This document shows positions 23,289-36,363 of a stretch of 64,000 nucleotides of DNA, piece by piece. A program made the position numbers and the translations under genes. This DNA is from Yuukianura sp. NJ FZ-2021. Lineage: Eukaryota. The DNA lies in contig CM102289.1 in the NCBI GenBank assembly GCA_046563655.1, positions 8,990,001 to 9,054,000 on the forward strand, in the 5' to 3' direction. The notes under the pieces were generated by a model. That model was not told the DNA's origin. It worked only from the letters and a program-made list of their open reading frames with translations, and ran no database searches. Within the stretch, counting starts at the first letter, position 1. Each line of letters opens with the position of its first letter.

Positions 23289-23424
23289 ATAATTACTAAT
23301 CTATCACAACAAGAAGAATCACACAATTACATAATAGTGTAATCAACATGCAGAATTGGCAAGAAAGTAATCTAAATTACAAAATGTCTAATTTGAAACA
23401 TAAACTCTCATCCTATAACATTAT

Positions 23425-23700
23425 ACCTTGAGAAAAATTATAATTATAACTTGGGTAAAATTATGATTATAATTATAACTTCATTATAATTATAATCATA
23501 ATTATAACACGTGGAGTTATAATAATAATTATGGTTTGGGCAAAATTATGAGCTTGAGTAAAGTTATAATTATAATTGAGTAAGATTATAATTATAACGT
23601 GAATAAAATCATAATTGCAATTGAGTAAAATTATAACTATAAATTATAATTTTACTCAATTGTAATTTGCGAGTAAAATTATAAATTATAACTACAGTTT
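23425..23700. repeat. AT-rich array of AAAATTATAATTATAAC-type units in both orientations (possible degenerate foldback element)
   Basis: Repeated TTATAATTATAA cores with GAGTAAAA/TTTTACTC flanks between PSMD3 and Rab10. Confidence 0.65.
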
Positions 23701-23977
23701 AGGCGATCGTGGTTTTATTGTTATTCTTGAAACGTGACACTTGTTTCCTGCGCGTTTCCACTATAAGAGTTTATATACAGAGCAGCATGTAAGAGAAGTG
23801 ACAACCTAACGGTAGTTTTATTATTGAAATTGTTGTGTAACCAATTAATTGTAACTGGGTTGATCACTCAGGAGTATAATTAATTGTAATGCAAAGCTTC
23901 ATTTGATACTTGATATATTAACTCCCCTCCATTCTAATATTCACGTTGTGCTTGTGCATGAGGTTCTTCAGTCTGTT

Positions 23978-24850
23978 TCAACAGCATTTGGAGGATTGAT
24001 GTGTTGTGGATCCTGGCCTTCTGTCAATGTTGACACGGTCCGCAGGATACTCAGCTGGGTCACGACCGGGAGTCTTATTCAAAATGGCTTCTGCTAGTTC
24101 ATGGAAGGCTCGCTCAATGTTAATGTTAGTCTTGGCTGATGTCTCCAAAAATTTGATTCCGTGCTCCATGGCAATAGCTTCTCCGCGTTCCTTCGGCACG
24201 ACTCGACTCTCCTCCATGTCACACTTGTTGCCCAAAATCATCTTCTCCACGTCTTCGTTGGCGTGTTCATTGATATTTCTTAGCCATTTCGCAATGTTCT
24301 CAAAGGACTTCTGCTCAAACCAGAAAAAATGGAGATCAGACGTTAGAAGTACATATTGAGTGTTGGTAGCGTTGATGACTGAGCTTACCTGATTAGTAAT
24401 GTCATAGCATAGCATTATACCCATCGCTCCTCGGTAGTAACTGGTAGTAATCGTGTGGAACCGTTCTTGTCCGGCCTAAGTATAAAAATTGACTCAATTT
24501 AGTTAAAATCCTAAAATAAGACAAGATTGACGGTAATATGTTTGTTTACAGTGTCCCAGATCTGGAGTTTGATTTTCTTGCCACGGAGTTCAATCGTCTT
24601 AATTTTAAAATCTATGCCAATTGTGGAGATAAATGTGGTATTAAATGCGTCATCCGAGAACCGGAACAGGATACATGTTTTCCCTGTGAATTAAATTAAT
24701 ATTGACGTCTAACATGTACATGAGATGATCAAGTGCACAAGCACAACTAAGTCAAAGAATACACCATAAATTGCAATTCCTCGGCTTACCAACACCCGAA
24801 TCTCCGATTAACAACAATTTGAACAAAAGGTCATATGTTTTCTTCGCCAT
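23978..24850 (-). CDS. RAB10: Ras-related protein Rab-10
   Basis: [49 protein letters not shown] and a C-terminal CC. 4 coding exons. Confidence 0.97.
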
Positions 24851-25950
24851 TATTCTCCAACTAGACATTCAAAAATAAAGCAATGTCAGTCAAACTTGCT
24901 ACGATTACTCCATGAGGTAACTAATTAAAGCATAACCGGCTTACCACTAGAAATGAACTGCCTAATAACTGATCTCGCAGGGCTAAATAGAAGTGGAGTA
25001 CACGGAAGCCTTTGTTTTCTTCTGATCATCCGTCGTATTACACCTGACTGATGTGTAAGTTTTGCCAACGATGTCGCGAAGCCTGCCAGTCGTTCCGGTC
25101 CAACCTGCCCAGTAAAAGTACTAAACTAAATACGAGACATACGATGACTGTTTAACTTAATTAACGTTAATAAGGGCAAGATGACGGACAAAGAAAACTA
25201 CTGGGAAATGAGATTGGTCGAAGTCCAATGACTCAACTTTTATCTCCTGAAAATGAAAAAAACTCTTGATTCTAAATTCGGTTGAAAGGCAGATTGAGGG
25301 ACATAAGTTGTATCTACCTAATCTAAACTTAGTAAACTCGTTGAGATTACGGTTAACCTTCGTAGAAAAATATTCATGTGAGGCAATTGCCACAATTGAG
25401 CTTTTGTTGCGTAAGCTGGTATCCCAAATCTTGTTATTTTGAATTGTGGTAATCCCAAAGTTTATCGATCTTCATATGAAAACGGAGGATAACATGTCAT
25501 AGATGTCCAAAACTTTTACATGAATTAATATAAAGGAATGCATAGTGATAACGAGAAGAGATCCTGTCACTCTAAATACTTCCTTCCCCCACACCCACTT
25601 CCCCCGCACCCAATTCCCTATGCATTGCATGAGGATTCAATGTACTAGAAAAATTAAATTAAATTAGTTTTTTTAAATTAGTATAACGATTTGATTAAAC
25701 TTCTATATTGAATGTAAATGTAATAAATAGTACATCCGCTCCATTTGGGTTTACAATAATTATACTGTCGCGTAAATGCAACCGAGAGTTGTTCTGCCGG
25801 TTCCTTTTGCGTAGTCGCCCCGCCCCTGAAGCGCAAGACGTTTGCATGGGCAAATTAAAAATCAGCTGTTTACTTTTAAGTAGTTGGTGTTTAATTTCTC
25901 ATTAGTTATTCAAGCCAGTAATTAATTTCTGGAAGCTTGATCTCCCAGTC

Positions 25951-26946
25951 ATGACGTCTACTACACCTCAGCAGTCCCCTACGGCTGAAGATCAGCAGGT
26001 ATTTTGTATAAAAACAGCCGTATTTTGTATAAAAACGGCAGTTACTTTGTAAAAGATAGATTTAAGATATGCCAGATTAATTTATTGAAAATTGGACAAT
26101 TGCAAATTAAGGATTGACAATTGAATGATAATGATTTTTTCATTTTTACTTAGCAGATGACCAGCTCCTACCATGAAATTACAGAGACCGAGGAAGGTTC
26201 TTCACTGAAAACATTTGTCGAGGGAACTCCTTCTCTGGAACAATTGGATCAGAAAGCCCGAAAACTGTTTGACAAAGCACGTCACTGGGTCGGTGACCTC
26301 AGCTTAGAAGGCATCGTGAGTCAAGAAGGTCAGCAGGTCACATACGTTGCTCAAGACATAGGGACCAAAATTAGATTGGCCAGTCCCACTCAGGAGCCGA
26401 GTCAGCAAGCCAAGTCGTCCCGAGACTTTCGGAGGGATGATTCAGTCAGCATTTGCAGTAGTACTGCGCCTCTCTCTGTGTCCGATGATCTCAATATTAT
26501 CATAAACGAAGTGGAACTAGAAGCCAAAAAGTTAGCCTCATCCGTAGATACGCTCACCGAAAATCTGACGGGAATCTTACATTCGGTAAGATTAACACCT
26601 TAACTCCTTCGTCAGCAAGTTAAAATTGACGTAAAAACGTTTGGTTCTGTTTTTTCAGTTGTCTTCTATGACTGTCGACTGTACATTTGTTGCAACTGAT
26701 GGCGTTACGCAGCTTTGTGACACGGCCGACGCTTCGATCAAGGCCATGTACCAAGTAATGGCCAAATCCGAAGAACTGAATAGAGCCGTGCAGCCAATTT
26801 ACAGACTCCATCAGCAAATGTAAGCTTAATAGTTTGATTTTGTAGACAAATCAATTGATTTAAGTAGTAATTTTGGTTCTGATTCTTGTAACAGAAAAGA
26901 TACTAGAAGATTACTGGACAAAGTAGAAGCTGAAATGAACTCATAA
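25951..26946 (+). CDS. BORCS6: BLOC-1-related complex subunit 6 (lyspersin)-like
   Basis: C-terminal coiled coil SVDTLTENL...SSMTVDC...DASIKAMYQVMAKSEELNRAVQPIYRLHQQIKDTRRLLD. 4 exons. Confidence 0.8.
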
Positions 26947-27202
26947 GTCGCAACATTGACTCACTTTATTACGCGTTTTTAATTAAAGTAAGTTAGAATT
27001 AATTAACTAGCTCGACGCTGCCAGAATTGTTCACGATAAGGATAACCTCGGCAACCAGTTCAATTTGTAAACATTGAAACTGTTCAATACAGATTTCCAA
27101 TTCACATGTGCATTTCATTCTTTAGAAAATGGAGTGAATGATTTTGTAGGTGTTTTTCCGAAATTCTAAATCATGCAGTTCTAAATTCTCTAAATTTTAA
27201 AG

Positions 27203-28809
27203 ATGAGTGCAAAATCTAAAGTGTCAAAAGCCGCCAGTGATATTGCCGTCCATCCGAAACCACACATACCTGAGTTTGAGCATCATCAAAAGCCACGTCA
27301 TGTCAAGTACGCCACGAATGTACTTCATCACAACCGTAAGGGAAAAGATGCTGAAGCAGCATCTCGAGCCAGCACTTCCAGTGCCACGGCTTCCGTAAGC
27401 AGCGAATTGACTGAAGCAGCAGAACTCTGTGAACAAATCAAGATCAAGCCAAAAGAACAACGGCATCAACTGAAGCTAGAACGATTCCATTTCCGGGAAT
27501 TCATTCCTTACAAGTAACGAATTGAAACTAATCTTTACATTTTATTTTTACATTTTAAGTGTAAAACTAACTTTACATTTTAGTTTAAACTTAATTCAAC
27601 TTTATCTTTTTAGTGTACAGTTTCCGCATCGTGTTGCTGTCCGATTGCAGCGTCTCTTGGCCACCACCAATATCCACTTGAACGACCCAGCATTTGTGAA
27701 TAAACTGCAAGATAAAATCCGGAAAGACGAAGATGCTGACCTTGTCAAACATGCTCAACGTCGTGCCAAAATAGAATTTGACCGTGTCAAGCAACTAATC
27801 ATTGACGGAGCAGTTGATGTCGACAATGATTCACTCACTCCTGACCTCGAAGCACTCAAACAGCATCCAGTTTACAGAGTCAAGCAAATGCTGAATCGCC
27901 TCGATCGCTATGACACCGTCGGAGACGTTACTCCGCCAAAGACAAAAATTATTCCAATTGAACCGTTCGAGTACAACGCAACCAAGTTCTTCAAGCACCT
28001 CCACAGAACAGGCGATATCCACTGGGTTCCAAAAAAAATTAGGCGGGAACGTCAACGAGAGTCGAAGTTAAGGAAATCCCAAACCGAAACAGCTGATCGG
28101 ACCACCGAAAATCCAGAAAACTTGAAGCTTCGAACGTTGTACAAACGATCTATGTCAATCGAGTCGTCAGATTCCAACGAAGAGATGTCTGGAACTGAAC
28201 CTGAGCAGCATCAGCATAACAACTCTCCTGAAACGGCTCCTACCAGCACAAATGTCTCCGTTCCTGCTACTGCTTTCGACTTGCCTAAAGAAAACGATCT
28301 CAAGCAGTTTTTAAAGGAACAAATACTGGCTGAAGCTTTTGAGCATAGAAAAAGAGATCAAGAGTGGCAGGAGGAGGAGCTAACAAAGCAAAAATCATAT
28401 GCCGATCAACGACGACTTACGATCAAGTGGCACAACGAATTAGTGCCGCGAGAAGGCGAACTTAAGGCTGACCTGGAAGATCGATCGTCACCTCCAACGT
28501 TAATTTCGGATTCGTCGTTTGAGCGAATACGGAAAAGCTACGGAGTGAGCAGTTTCGTTGACACGTATCAACATAAGCTCGAGGATCCCATGATTCTTCA
28601 CTTGATAGACGAAGTCAACGTTAGTCTTTTTCTAAAATTTTAAAAATTCTGAAATTTCGAAAATTCCATCAACTCACATTCCAAATTCGTAGGACGCGAA
28701 TGAACTTTTTGGCAACGCCGAGGCGCTGAGCAGACTGTACGCTCGTGAAGCGCGATTCGTTGATAAAATACTGCCAACACTCCAGAGAAGGTATGGCATG
28801 GATCTTTAG
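27203..28809 (+). CDS. Uncharacterised charged protein, 3 exons
   Basis: Long open exons (~27203-27513, ~27621-28619, ~28693-28809) with GT-AG introns. No family recognised. Confidence 0.7.
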
Positions 28810-29083
28810 AACGTCAATTAAGTTAACTCATTAATTAAATTAACTAATTAGTTAACCGTGATTAGATTGCGAGTGTATAAAAGTTTGTATTTATATGAGA
28901 ACACGGTTAAACTTAACTCTGACGACGGAAATAAGTAAAATCCATTAAAGAGATTCTGGCTAAAACTAAAAGTAACAGTAAGTATACAGAAGTAGTTTTC
29001 AACGAAACGAATGATTTACGTAAAATTCAACAACTTTTCTAACTTTTTAGCCTAAAAACGTTTTTTCTAGTAACAAAAAAAGT

Positions 29084-32000
29084 TCATTTAGTGACAAGGG
29101 CTTTCAAATCGCCGAGGGTGAGCATTCCCTCTTCATCTCCCGAGACATCATGCCCCTTCAAAACTTCAAACAAATGCTCCTCAATTGTATTGCGGACCTA
29201 AAAATTTTAAACAAATAAGTTCAAAATTTCAGACATCCGAAAATGAAAAGACCCACATTAATTTTTACAATCTTACGTAAAATCGGTGTACAAACGTCGG
29301 TTTGGTCTGACCAATGCGATGAACACGACCAATCGCTTGATGCTCACTGGCCATATTCAAAATCGGTTCCACTAAGAAGACGTGAGTCGCTTCAACAATG
29401 TTCAAACCCTTCGATCCAGAAACCAGCGGCAAAAGCAATACTTGGATGTCTCCCCTCTCCTAAAAAAATGTCAAAAATTAAGAAAGTTAGCATAAAATTA
29501 CAGTTTTTTTCTCGATAATGCATACTAAGTTTAGCTAACCTGAAATCTTGCCAGTGTTTTCTGAAAGTTTCCCTTGCTTTCTCCAGATTTCAATCCAGCA
29601 AACAAAATTCCGTTTTGTTCCAGTGCTCGTCCAATAATGTCCAATACTCCTGACCACTATAGAACAAAAACTCAGGAATTCAGAACAGAGATCAATTTAG
29701 TTCAACTAATTGATTAATCTAAAGATAATTACCGCCATACCGTTGAAAATATGATGACTTTTTCTCCAGGGTGGGTCAATTGAAGTTGAAGGAGTTGCTC
29801 CACTACTGCTTGTACTTTCGTTGAATGACTTCCACGGACAGATTTAGGTTCCGGCGCAGGTTGAATTGAAGCGGCGCTGCTGGTTGGTTGTTCTTGCTCT
29901 TGACTAAAAACAAAAAAGAATTTACCGTCTTTCCAACTATTAATATCAAAAAAATAGCATGGTCAAAAAAATGTCACCTCAAAATGTTACAACTTACACT
30001 GAGATGTCCACGAAAGAGACTTCCGACATGTTCATATGTTGGCGACAGAGTGGACACATAAAGTTGTGAGTCGGATGGTGACAAATCTTCTTGATACACT
30101 CCGAGCAGTAAGAGTGTCCACAGACAAGTACTGTCCAAGTGGTGCCCAGAGTAGAGTGACATACTGGGCATTCCTCCTGGTTGAAAAGTTCCTTCTTGCC
30201 TTGATTTTTCTTTTCCAATTGCTCCAAGTACACAAGTTGTCCATGATGAACACTGAAGTCTGTCTTTGCTTTCTCATAATCATATTTCATATCGTCCAAT
30301 TTCGGCAGTAATTCAATGTGCGAGAACAAGTTGATCTCTTGAATCTTCCTGGCTCGTTCGCGATCAACATCAGCTAGATCTTTGATTGCATTGGAAGTTG
30401 ACGGTTTGGCAGTTGTCCGTAGAGCAATTCTAGTCGTAGCTTGACTCAACTCATCAATGGCTGCAACTTGGTCAAAGATTCTAGACCAAAGTACTCGGAG
30501 TAGCTGTAAAAAAAATGTAAAATTCAAGAAAAATATAAGCAAGCACATTTTGGTCCAAACTCAAAATTTCGAAAAACCTACCTTAAATTCTTTCTTCATA
30601 GTGTCAAAAAGTTTGATATGAGTGGCTCCATCTGACAAAACGTTTTCCGGTAACTTGTTGATTCTACCAAACGAGATGAGCTGTCTTAGTGCTTTCTCTG
30701 CTTCAGAATCTCCAAGCGTCTTCCTGTCATGATCAATACTCTGTAGTAATCCAATGTGTCCAGTATTTTCCACAAGTTCTTCTTCTTCTCGAAGCAGCGT
30801 CAATCGCTCCTCTTCTTCTGTAACATCCATCAGATTTCCTCTGATCTTCAATATCTGCCGATTTCTGCCAACGCGACTAATTTTTTTCTTCACATTCGCC
30901 ACGTCTTCGCTGAACAGCGAATGTTGATACTTGGAAAACTTCTCAAAGGAAACGCAAAGACGACATCGGAAATCGTGTGAAGAACCGATGTTTGACGTGT
31001 AGTTTCGTAAATGACATGCAACACAAGCATCGACGAAGGAAGCTGGGTCCTCAGCCAACAACTCCTCAAGTGTTTCTAGAATGTCATCCCTAAGATCCTC
31101 CAGCTCAGTAATTTTGTCCACCATGATATTTTCGAAACTGGAGGGGCCATTAAATCTACAAACAAAAAAATTACTACACACTCCTATTTTTTTTAGTTAA
31201 AAAGCTGACCATACCTTCTTGCAATTGATCCAGAAGCAACTTTTTTCGATGCGTAGGCTTCAAGCGCTTCTTTGATTCTGCTCATCAAATCATCTATTTT
31301 GTTTTTCTTTGCAGCAGCATAAAGAATCTGCACCCACCACGAGTTGTCCTTGCACTGAAACTCAGATCGAAGCTCATCTACTGCTTTTGAAACTTTCTCA
31401 CTCGCTGCGTGTGCCATATTGACTCCAATTGCATGATTCTCTAAATATTTCTTCCGAAGTACTTCTGCATCCGCACGAAGAGAATCATCTCTCAGGGTAT
31501 AGGGAACTCCAGGACAATTCATGTCCAACAAATCAGCCAAATTCACCAATGTGTGTAGCATCTGTAAGAACAAAAAATTTAGCGGTGGTGAAGTGGGACG
31601 AGACATTGAAATTCATGTTAGATTTAAACTTTTTACCTGTAATGTATCTGTTTTGAACAAATTTTCATATTTGGTAGATAGTTGCAGTATTTCACGATAC
31701 TTGTCGCTGGCAAAAACGTGCTCCTCCAGTAGCCAGTGAATCCCAGCAGCTCCATTTAAGGCCCCAACAGCCGCTCTGTGAGCTTCAGCACATTTGATTT
31801 TTGTTTTCTGAATTAGTTGAGTCAGTACTTCATCCATGGTGATCGTTTCGTTGACGTTTTTAAGCGTAAGTGAAAGCGAAAGTGAACGGCCAATCAGTTG
31901 TGGATGACAACAGGCACGGCGTAGCTCTAAAAACGGAGCTAGAAGCTGTACATTGAAAAAAAGAAAGAATTATTTACAATGGAATTTTAAGAATGTACTC

Positions 32001-35000
32001 CTGTATTCGCTGCTTACATCCTGAAGCGCCTTTCTGTCCAGATTTGAAAGCCGAACAGTCAAGCCTTCTTGCATAGTTTGACAAATCTTTTGAATTTTTT
32101 CCACCACACGAGCACCACAAACATCGTACAACCGCTTGTAAAAGTGGGCTTCCACGGCAGAAAAATTAAGCCAATGAACAATTTCATGTTGCGGTGGAAT
32201 CCCCAACTACAAAATAAAAACAAATCAATACATTAATACTTAATTCTTAATTAAGTTGGTAATTAAAACTTAAAGTAAGGTCAAAGGTCACTGTGTACCT
32301 GGTCCAGCACATCTCGCTTTCCATTTCGCCAAATCAATCTTCCAAAAAGTTCGTATAGCAGAGACGAGTCCTTCTGGTAAAATGGATTTGTCACAAGAGA
32401 GTACCACCAAAACGCGTCATTGACAGGAGAAATTCCAAGAAACAGGAAAAGCCCATAGAGATCTAAAAAAAACCAATCAAAATTAAATAAGATTTTTGGA
32501 AAAGTCACGCCTCACAAGTTGCACGCCACGACAACATAATGCACCGCACCGCGGATAGAATATGCTGCCAATATTCCATGCTTACCTTCCAAACCTTTGT
32601 TGAGTGGTGTTCCGGTGACACACCAGTTATGAACTCCGTGGAGTTTCAAGGCCATACTGGCCATGCGCGTCGAAATTCCTTCAACCATTTGAGCCTCGTC
32701 CAAACAGATTCGCCAAAACAAAATAGCTGGAAGCGGAGAAGGGATTGGCAAGAAACGTTTCGGGTTTCGAAATCTAAAAACAAACAACAATTTAAAACAA
32801 AATTACAAACTTAAATTCTCAAAAAAAAACGTTTACAAAAACTTAGGTTACGATTGTCTAACCTTCTGCCTTCAGCACTATTGCTGTGAGGGAGATCAAC
32901 ATAATCCAGATCAGAAGACAACACTCCGTAAGTCGTAATTATTAAGTCGTATTGTGCAAGTTGTTGTGGTGGGACATATCCATGAACAGCAGCCCCTCTA
33001 CAACATAACAAACGTCAGTTTTCAAATTATATTAAATTGATTTCAAAAATTAGCTCAAACGATTTTTGAATTCGACGATTACCGGTAGAACAGTATTTTC
33101 ATATGCTCCTTTCCGATGTGTCGCCGGATCTCGTTGATCCACTGATGAGCAATCGTATTCGGGGTGACGATGAGTGTCGTCTTTGTTGGTATTGGAGGCT
33201 GAAAGTTAGATTAGATTTAGTAAAAAAAAACTAATTAATATGTAATAATTTATTTTCATTTGATTCGTTTTAGTTAAGTTTTAATTTAACCAGCAAGTAC
33301 CATTTGAGCAGCACAATGTGGGCAAACGTAATCTTCAGTTGAAGAAACGTTCTCCTTGAAGCGAACACAAGTCTTGTGCTGAGAGCTGCTACAAGTCACA
33401 CAAGTGACAACCTGAATTTAATAGAAACGTTAAAATTTACAAAAAAAAATTAGATTCAAAGAAATGTTTCATGAGATTTTTCTAAACTCACATTGCTCGA
33501 GTTATCCTCGAGTCCTTCCCCGCAAATACATTCGAAGAACGCCTTCCGTCCAACATTCGGGTTGAAGAATTCTCCACGAAACTTTTTCGAAACAACTGCA
33601 TGTTTGGTGCTGCTTAACTGCCCCAGGGCAGCATCGTACATCGGTCGCACTCTGTCGTACAGTTTCTTCTGTTTTCGAGCATAGTCATTTTCCCAGTCCG
33701 TGGAGTCCGTATCACTTTCATTTTTCCTGTTCTTTTTTCTTACATTGCCCTTCGTATTTCGTTTTTTCTTGATAGCAAATGTTGCTTTTCTTTTTCGTTT
33801 CCCCTTTCGTCCCGCTCGAACCTTCGGTACGTTGTCAGCAGTTTCTGCTGGCTCCAGAACTGGTGGGGAGTCTTCTTCCTTGACTTCCTTCTCGGACATC
33901 TCTTCCTCAAAACATTCACCTGTGTCAACTCGTCGCTTCTTGACCTTTGTGAAGCCGTTTATACTGGTTTTGAATTCACAAGGAGACAAACTGCGTTTCT
34001 TCCGGAGAGGCATAGGATCAACTTCCATTGGATCCAGTTCTTGTTCCTCAGAAGGTTTCGGATTGAGCATGATCAAAGACAGAACTTCCACGGTTTTTCC
34101 AAGCCCCATTTCATCAGCCAAAATCCCGCCTTTTGGTAATGCTGGAATAGCTGGCAACTGGAGCGAGACATATCCAGAGTACTGGTTTAGGAAGGCTGGA
34201 ATTCCTTCGTCGTCGTCCTGGTAACTTCGCCTTAGTGTAACTGGTACATACATTTTGCCCAGAATCATTTGAATCAGTTCTGGTTCTCCAGCTGCTGGAC
34301 TCTCACGATACAGCATCCAATTGACGGCATCTTTCTGGTAATCACGCAGCTTCGGAATAACATGTTGATGCTGGAGTGGTACTGCGGCTTTCGGTGTAAT
34401 TTGTTTGGAGTGATATTTTTTCAACTGGCCGTAAAACCATTCGACGTCTTCTTTGTTCCGCTTATCTCGAGTGGCGTTATCATCTAAGACGGCGAAACAA
34501 AGAATTGTTAAAATTGCCTGTTTTGAAACTTTAGTCGAAGAGGAACGGACGTTTTTGAAAAAAAAAATATATATATTTTGAAATATTCTCTTTCGGTTTA
34601 CCTTGACCCTTCGAGGTTACTTGGAAGACGAATTCTAGAGCATCGATGATTGCCTTGGACTTTTTGTTCGGTATGTCGTAGACGGTGTGGTTGCCCAAAA
34701 CGGCGGCTCCCAGAAGGTCAACATCAAAAGAGAATTCCGACGTTTCATGAACGAATCGATGAAAACGTAGCTTGAACGTATTTTTCGTGCTCAACCCTGC
34801 GATAATAAAAATTTGGTTAGGAAAACAGAAATGAACAAGGAAGCATTAATTGATTAATCAATAATCAGAGTAATTGCGGAATTGTGTCAAACGTACCTTG
34901 GAATACTGAAAAGTCAACCCCATTTAGGTACACTCTACTGGAGAAATATTGGACGTCAAGGGTTTTAGCCTTCGTCGACGAAGAGGTCTCTGTCTTAAGA

Positions 35001-35314
35001 AGCAAGACAGACAAAGTAGGAATTTCACTGACATGGAGTGAAATTTCGGATAATCCGGGAAACAATTCCGCAATGTCCTCCGAGCTATAGTCTTGTGAAC
35101 AGCAGTGATTAAGTAGTTTAATGATGATCCTGGTCCCAAAATAGTCAGTACTGGCAGTATCCGAATCCTTGAAGTTTATGAAGCACTTCTGTCGTATGCA
35201 GTCTTTGGCGATGGACTTCCTGATGGCCTTGTACTGCCCTTCCGGGTCAACCAGTCGATACTTAATGGCCGATGACTTTGGGCTCCCTGAAGAACTCTTC
35301 CTTCTTCCAGGCAT
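29084..35314 (-). CDS. SHPRH: SNF2 helicase/PHD/RING E3 ubiquitin ligase SHPRH
   Basis: [18 protein letters not shown] cysteines, [16 protein letters not shown] ([18 protein letters not shown]) and [12 protein letters not shown]. Confidence 0.95.
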
Positions 35315-36240
35315 TGCTCCAGACGCCCTTTAATGTAAATAAATGCACTGAATTAGAATAACCTACCAAGTCAGAAGTGCACCTCGGATTTTCTAGAGCA
35401 AAACTTTAGGTTAGATTGTTATATTTTGAATTTGGAATAATACCAGGTTCCGATTATTGCCAAACTGTTCAGATCCAAAGGCAACGTTGACCTCTCTGAC
35501 CTTCCCAATTGACACAAACGACACACGAACGATACTCTTCACCAACCATACACCCACTAGACATACTAGACAAAAACAACCCATCAAGCACAGATGCCAT
35601 CAGTCGACTGACTGCCTTCCAAAAATAGCCGCACGTACAGACAACATCTCCCTCCTTCCCTCCTTTCTGCTTATTTCGTTTTTAACACAACTCATCATAA
35701 GCAGATTCATGGACCATGGGCCACGGACAGACAACACTCCTTTAGTTACTTCATTAACTGTCACTGTTTTTAGCAGCGATGCATCGATTTATTACGCAGG
35801 CAGTAGCAATATACTGCGTATTCAATAGTTACTGACGCTAATCGGTAGTTGCGGTAATTTGGAGTTCCATTGTTGCCCATACCTTAATGTATGGTTGACC
35901 GGAGCTGAGTGGACACGGACGGTTAGGCAGACTGCCCGCGCCGCAGGCAAATGTAAATCTTCATATAGGCAATAATTTTAGAATGCAAGTGTCAAAGCCA
36001 CTTCATTTTTGTCACCTGTTTCTGTTTGTTGATTCATACTGTTACAGTTTAACTGTACTTCTTCTGCAGCTACCTACGTTAATTAGTTAACTTTAGAATA
36101 GTATGTTAGCTTAAGAAGTACAAATTGAGTGCGTGACGAAGGATCGTTAGTCTTCAAGGTGTCATTGGCATCGTTTTCTGGATAATCCAACCGTGACAGA
36201 CCACCGACCAGAAGTACTCGCTCAGGCAGAAAGTTCGCAG

Positions 36241-36305
36241 TAGTATACCGTATTTCCTGGATTCCGGACTACGAGTGGATAGTATACCGTATTTCCTGGA
36301 TTCCG
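36241..36305 (+). repeat. Direct duplication, 39-bp period (TAGTATACCGTATTTCCTGGATTCCG x2), upstream of the ABCG5-like ATG
   Basis: Two exact 26-bp copies. Confidence 0.85.
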
Positions 36306-36363
36306 TACTTAAGAGGATTTTTAGGATATTGGTTTTATTCATAAGGACTACCATTGTACGATT

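Noticed and set aside
33700..34224. 174-aa plus-strand ORF and similar antisense ORFs across the window
   Set aside because: These are shadows of real coding exons on the opposite strand.
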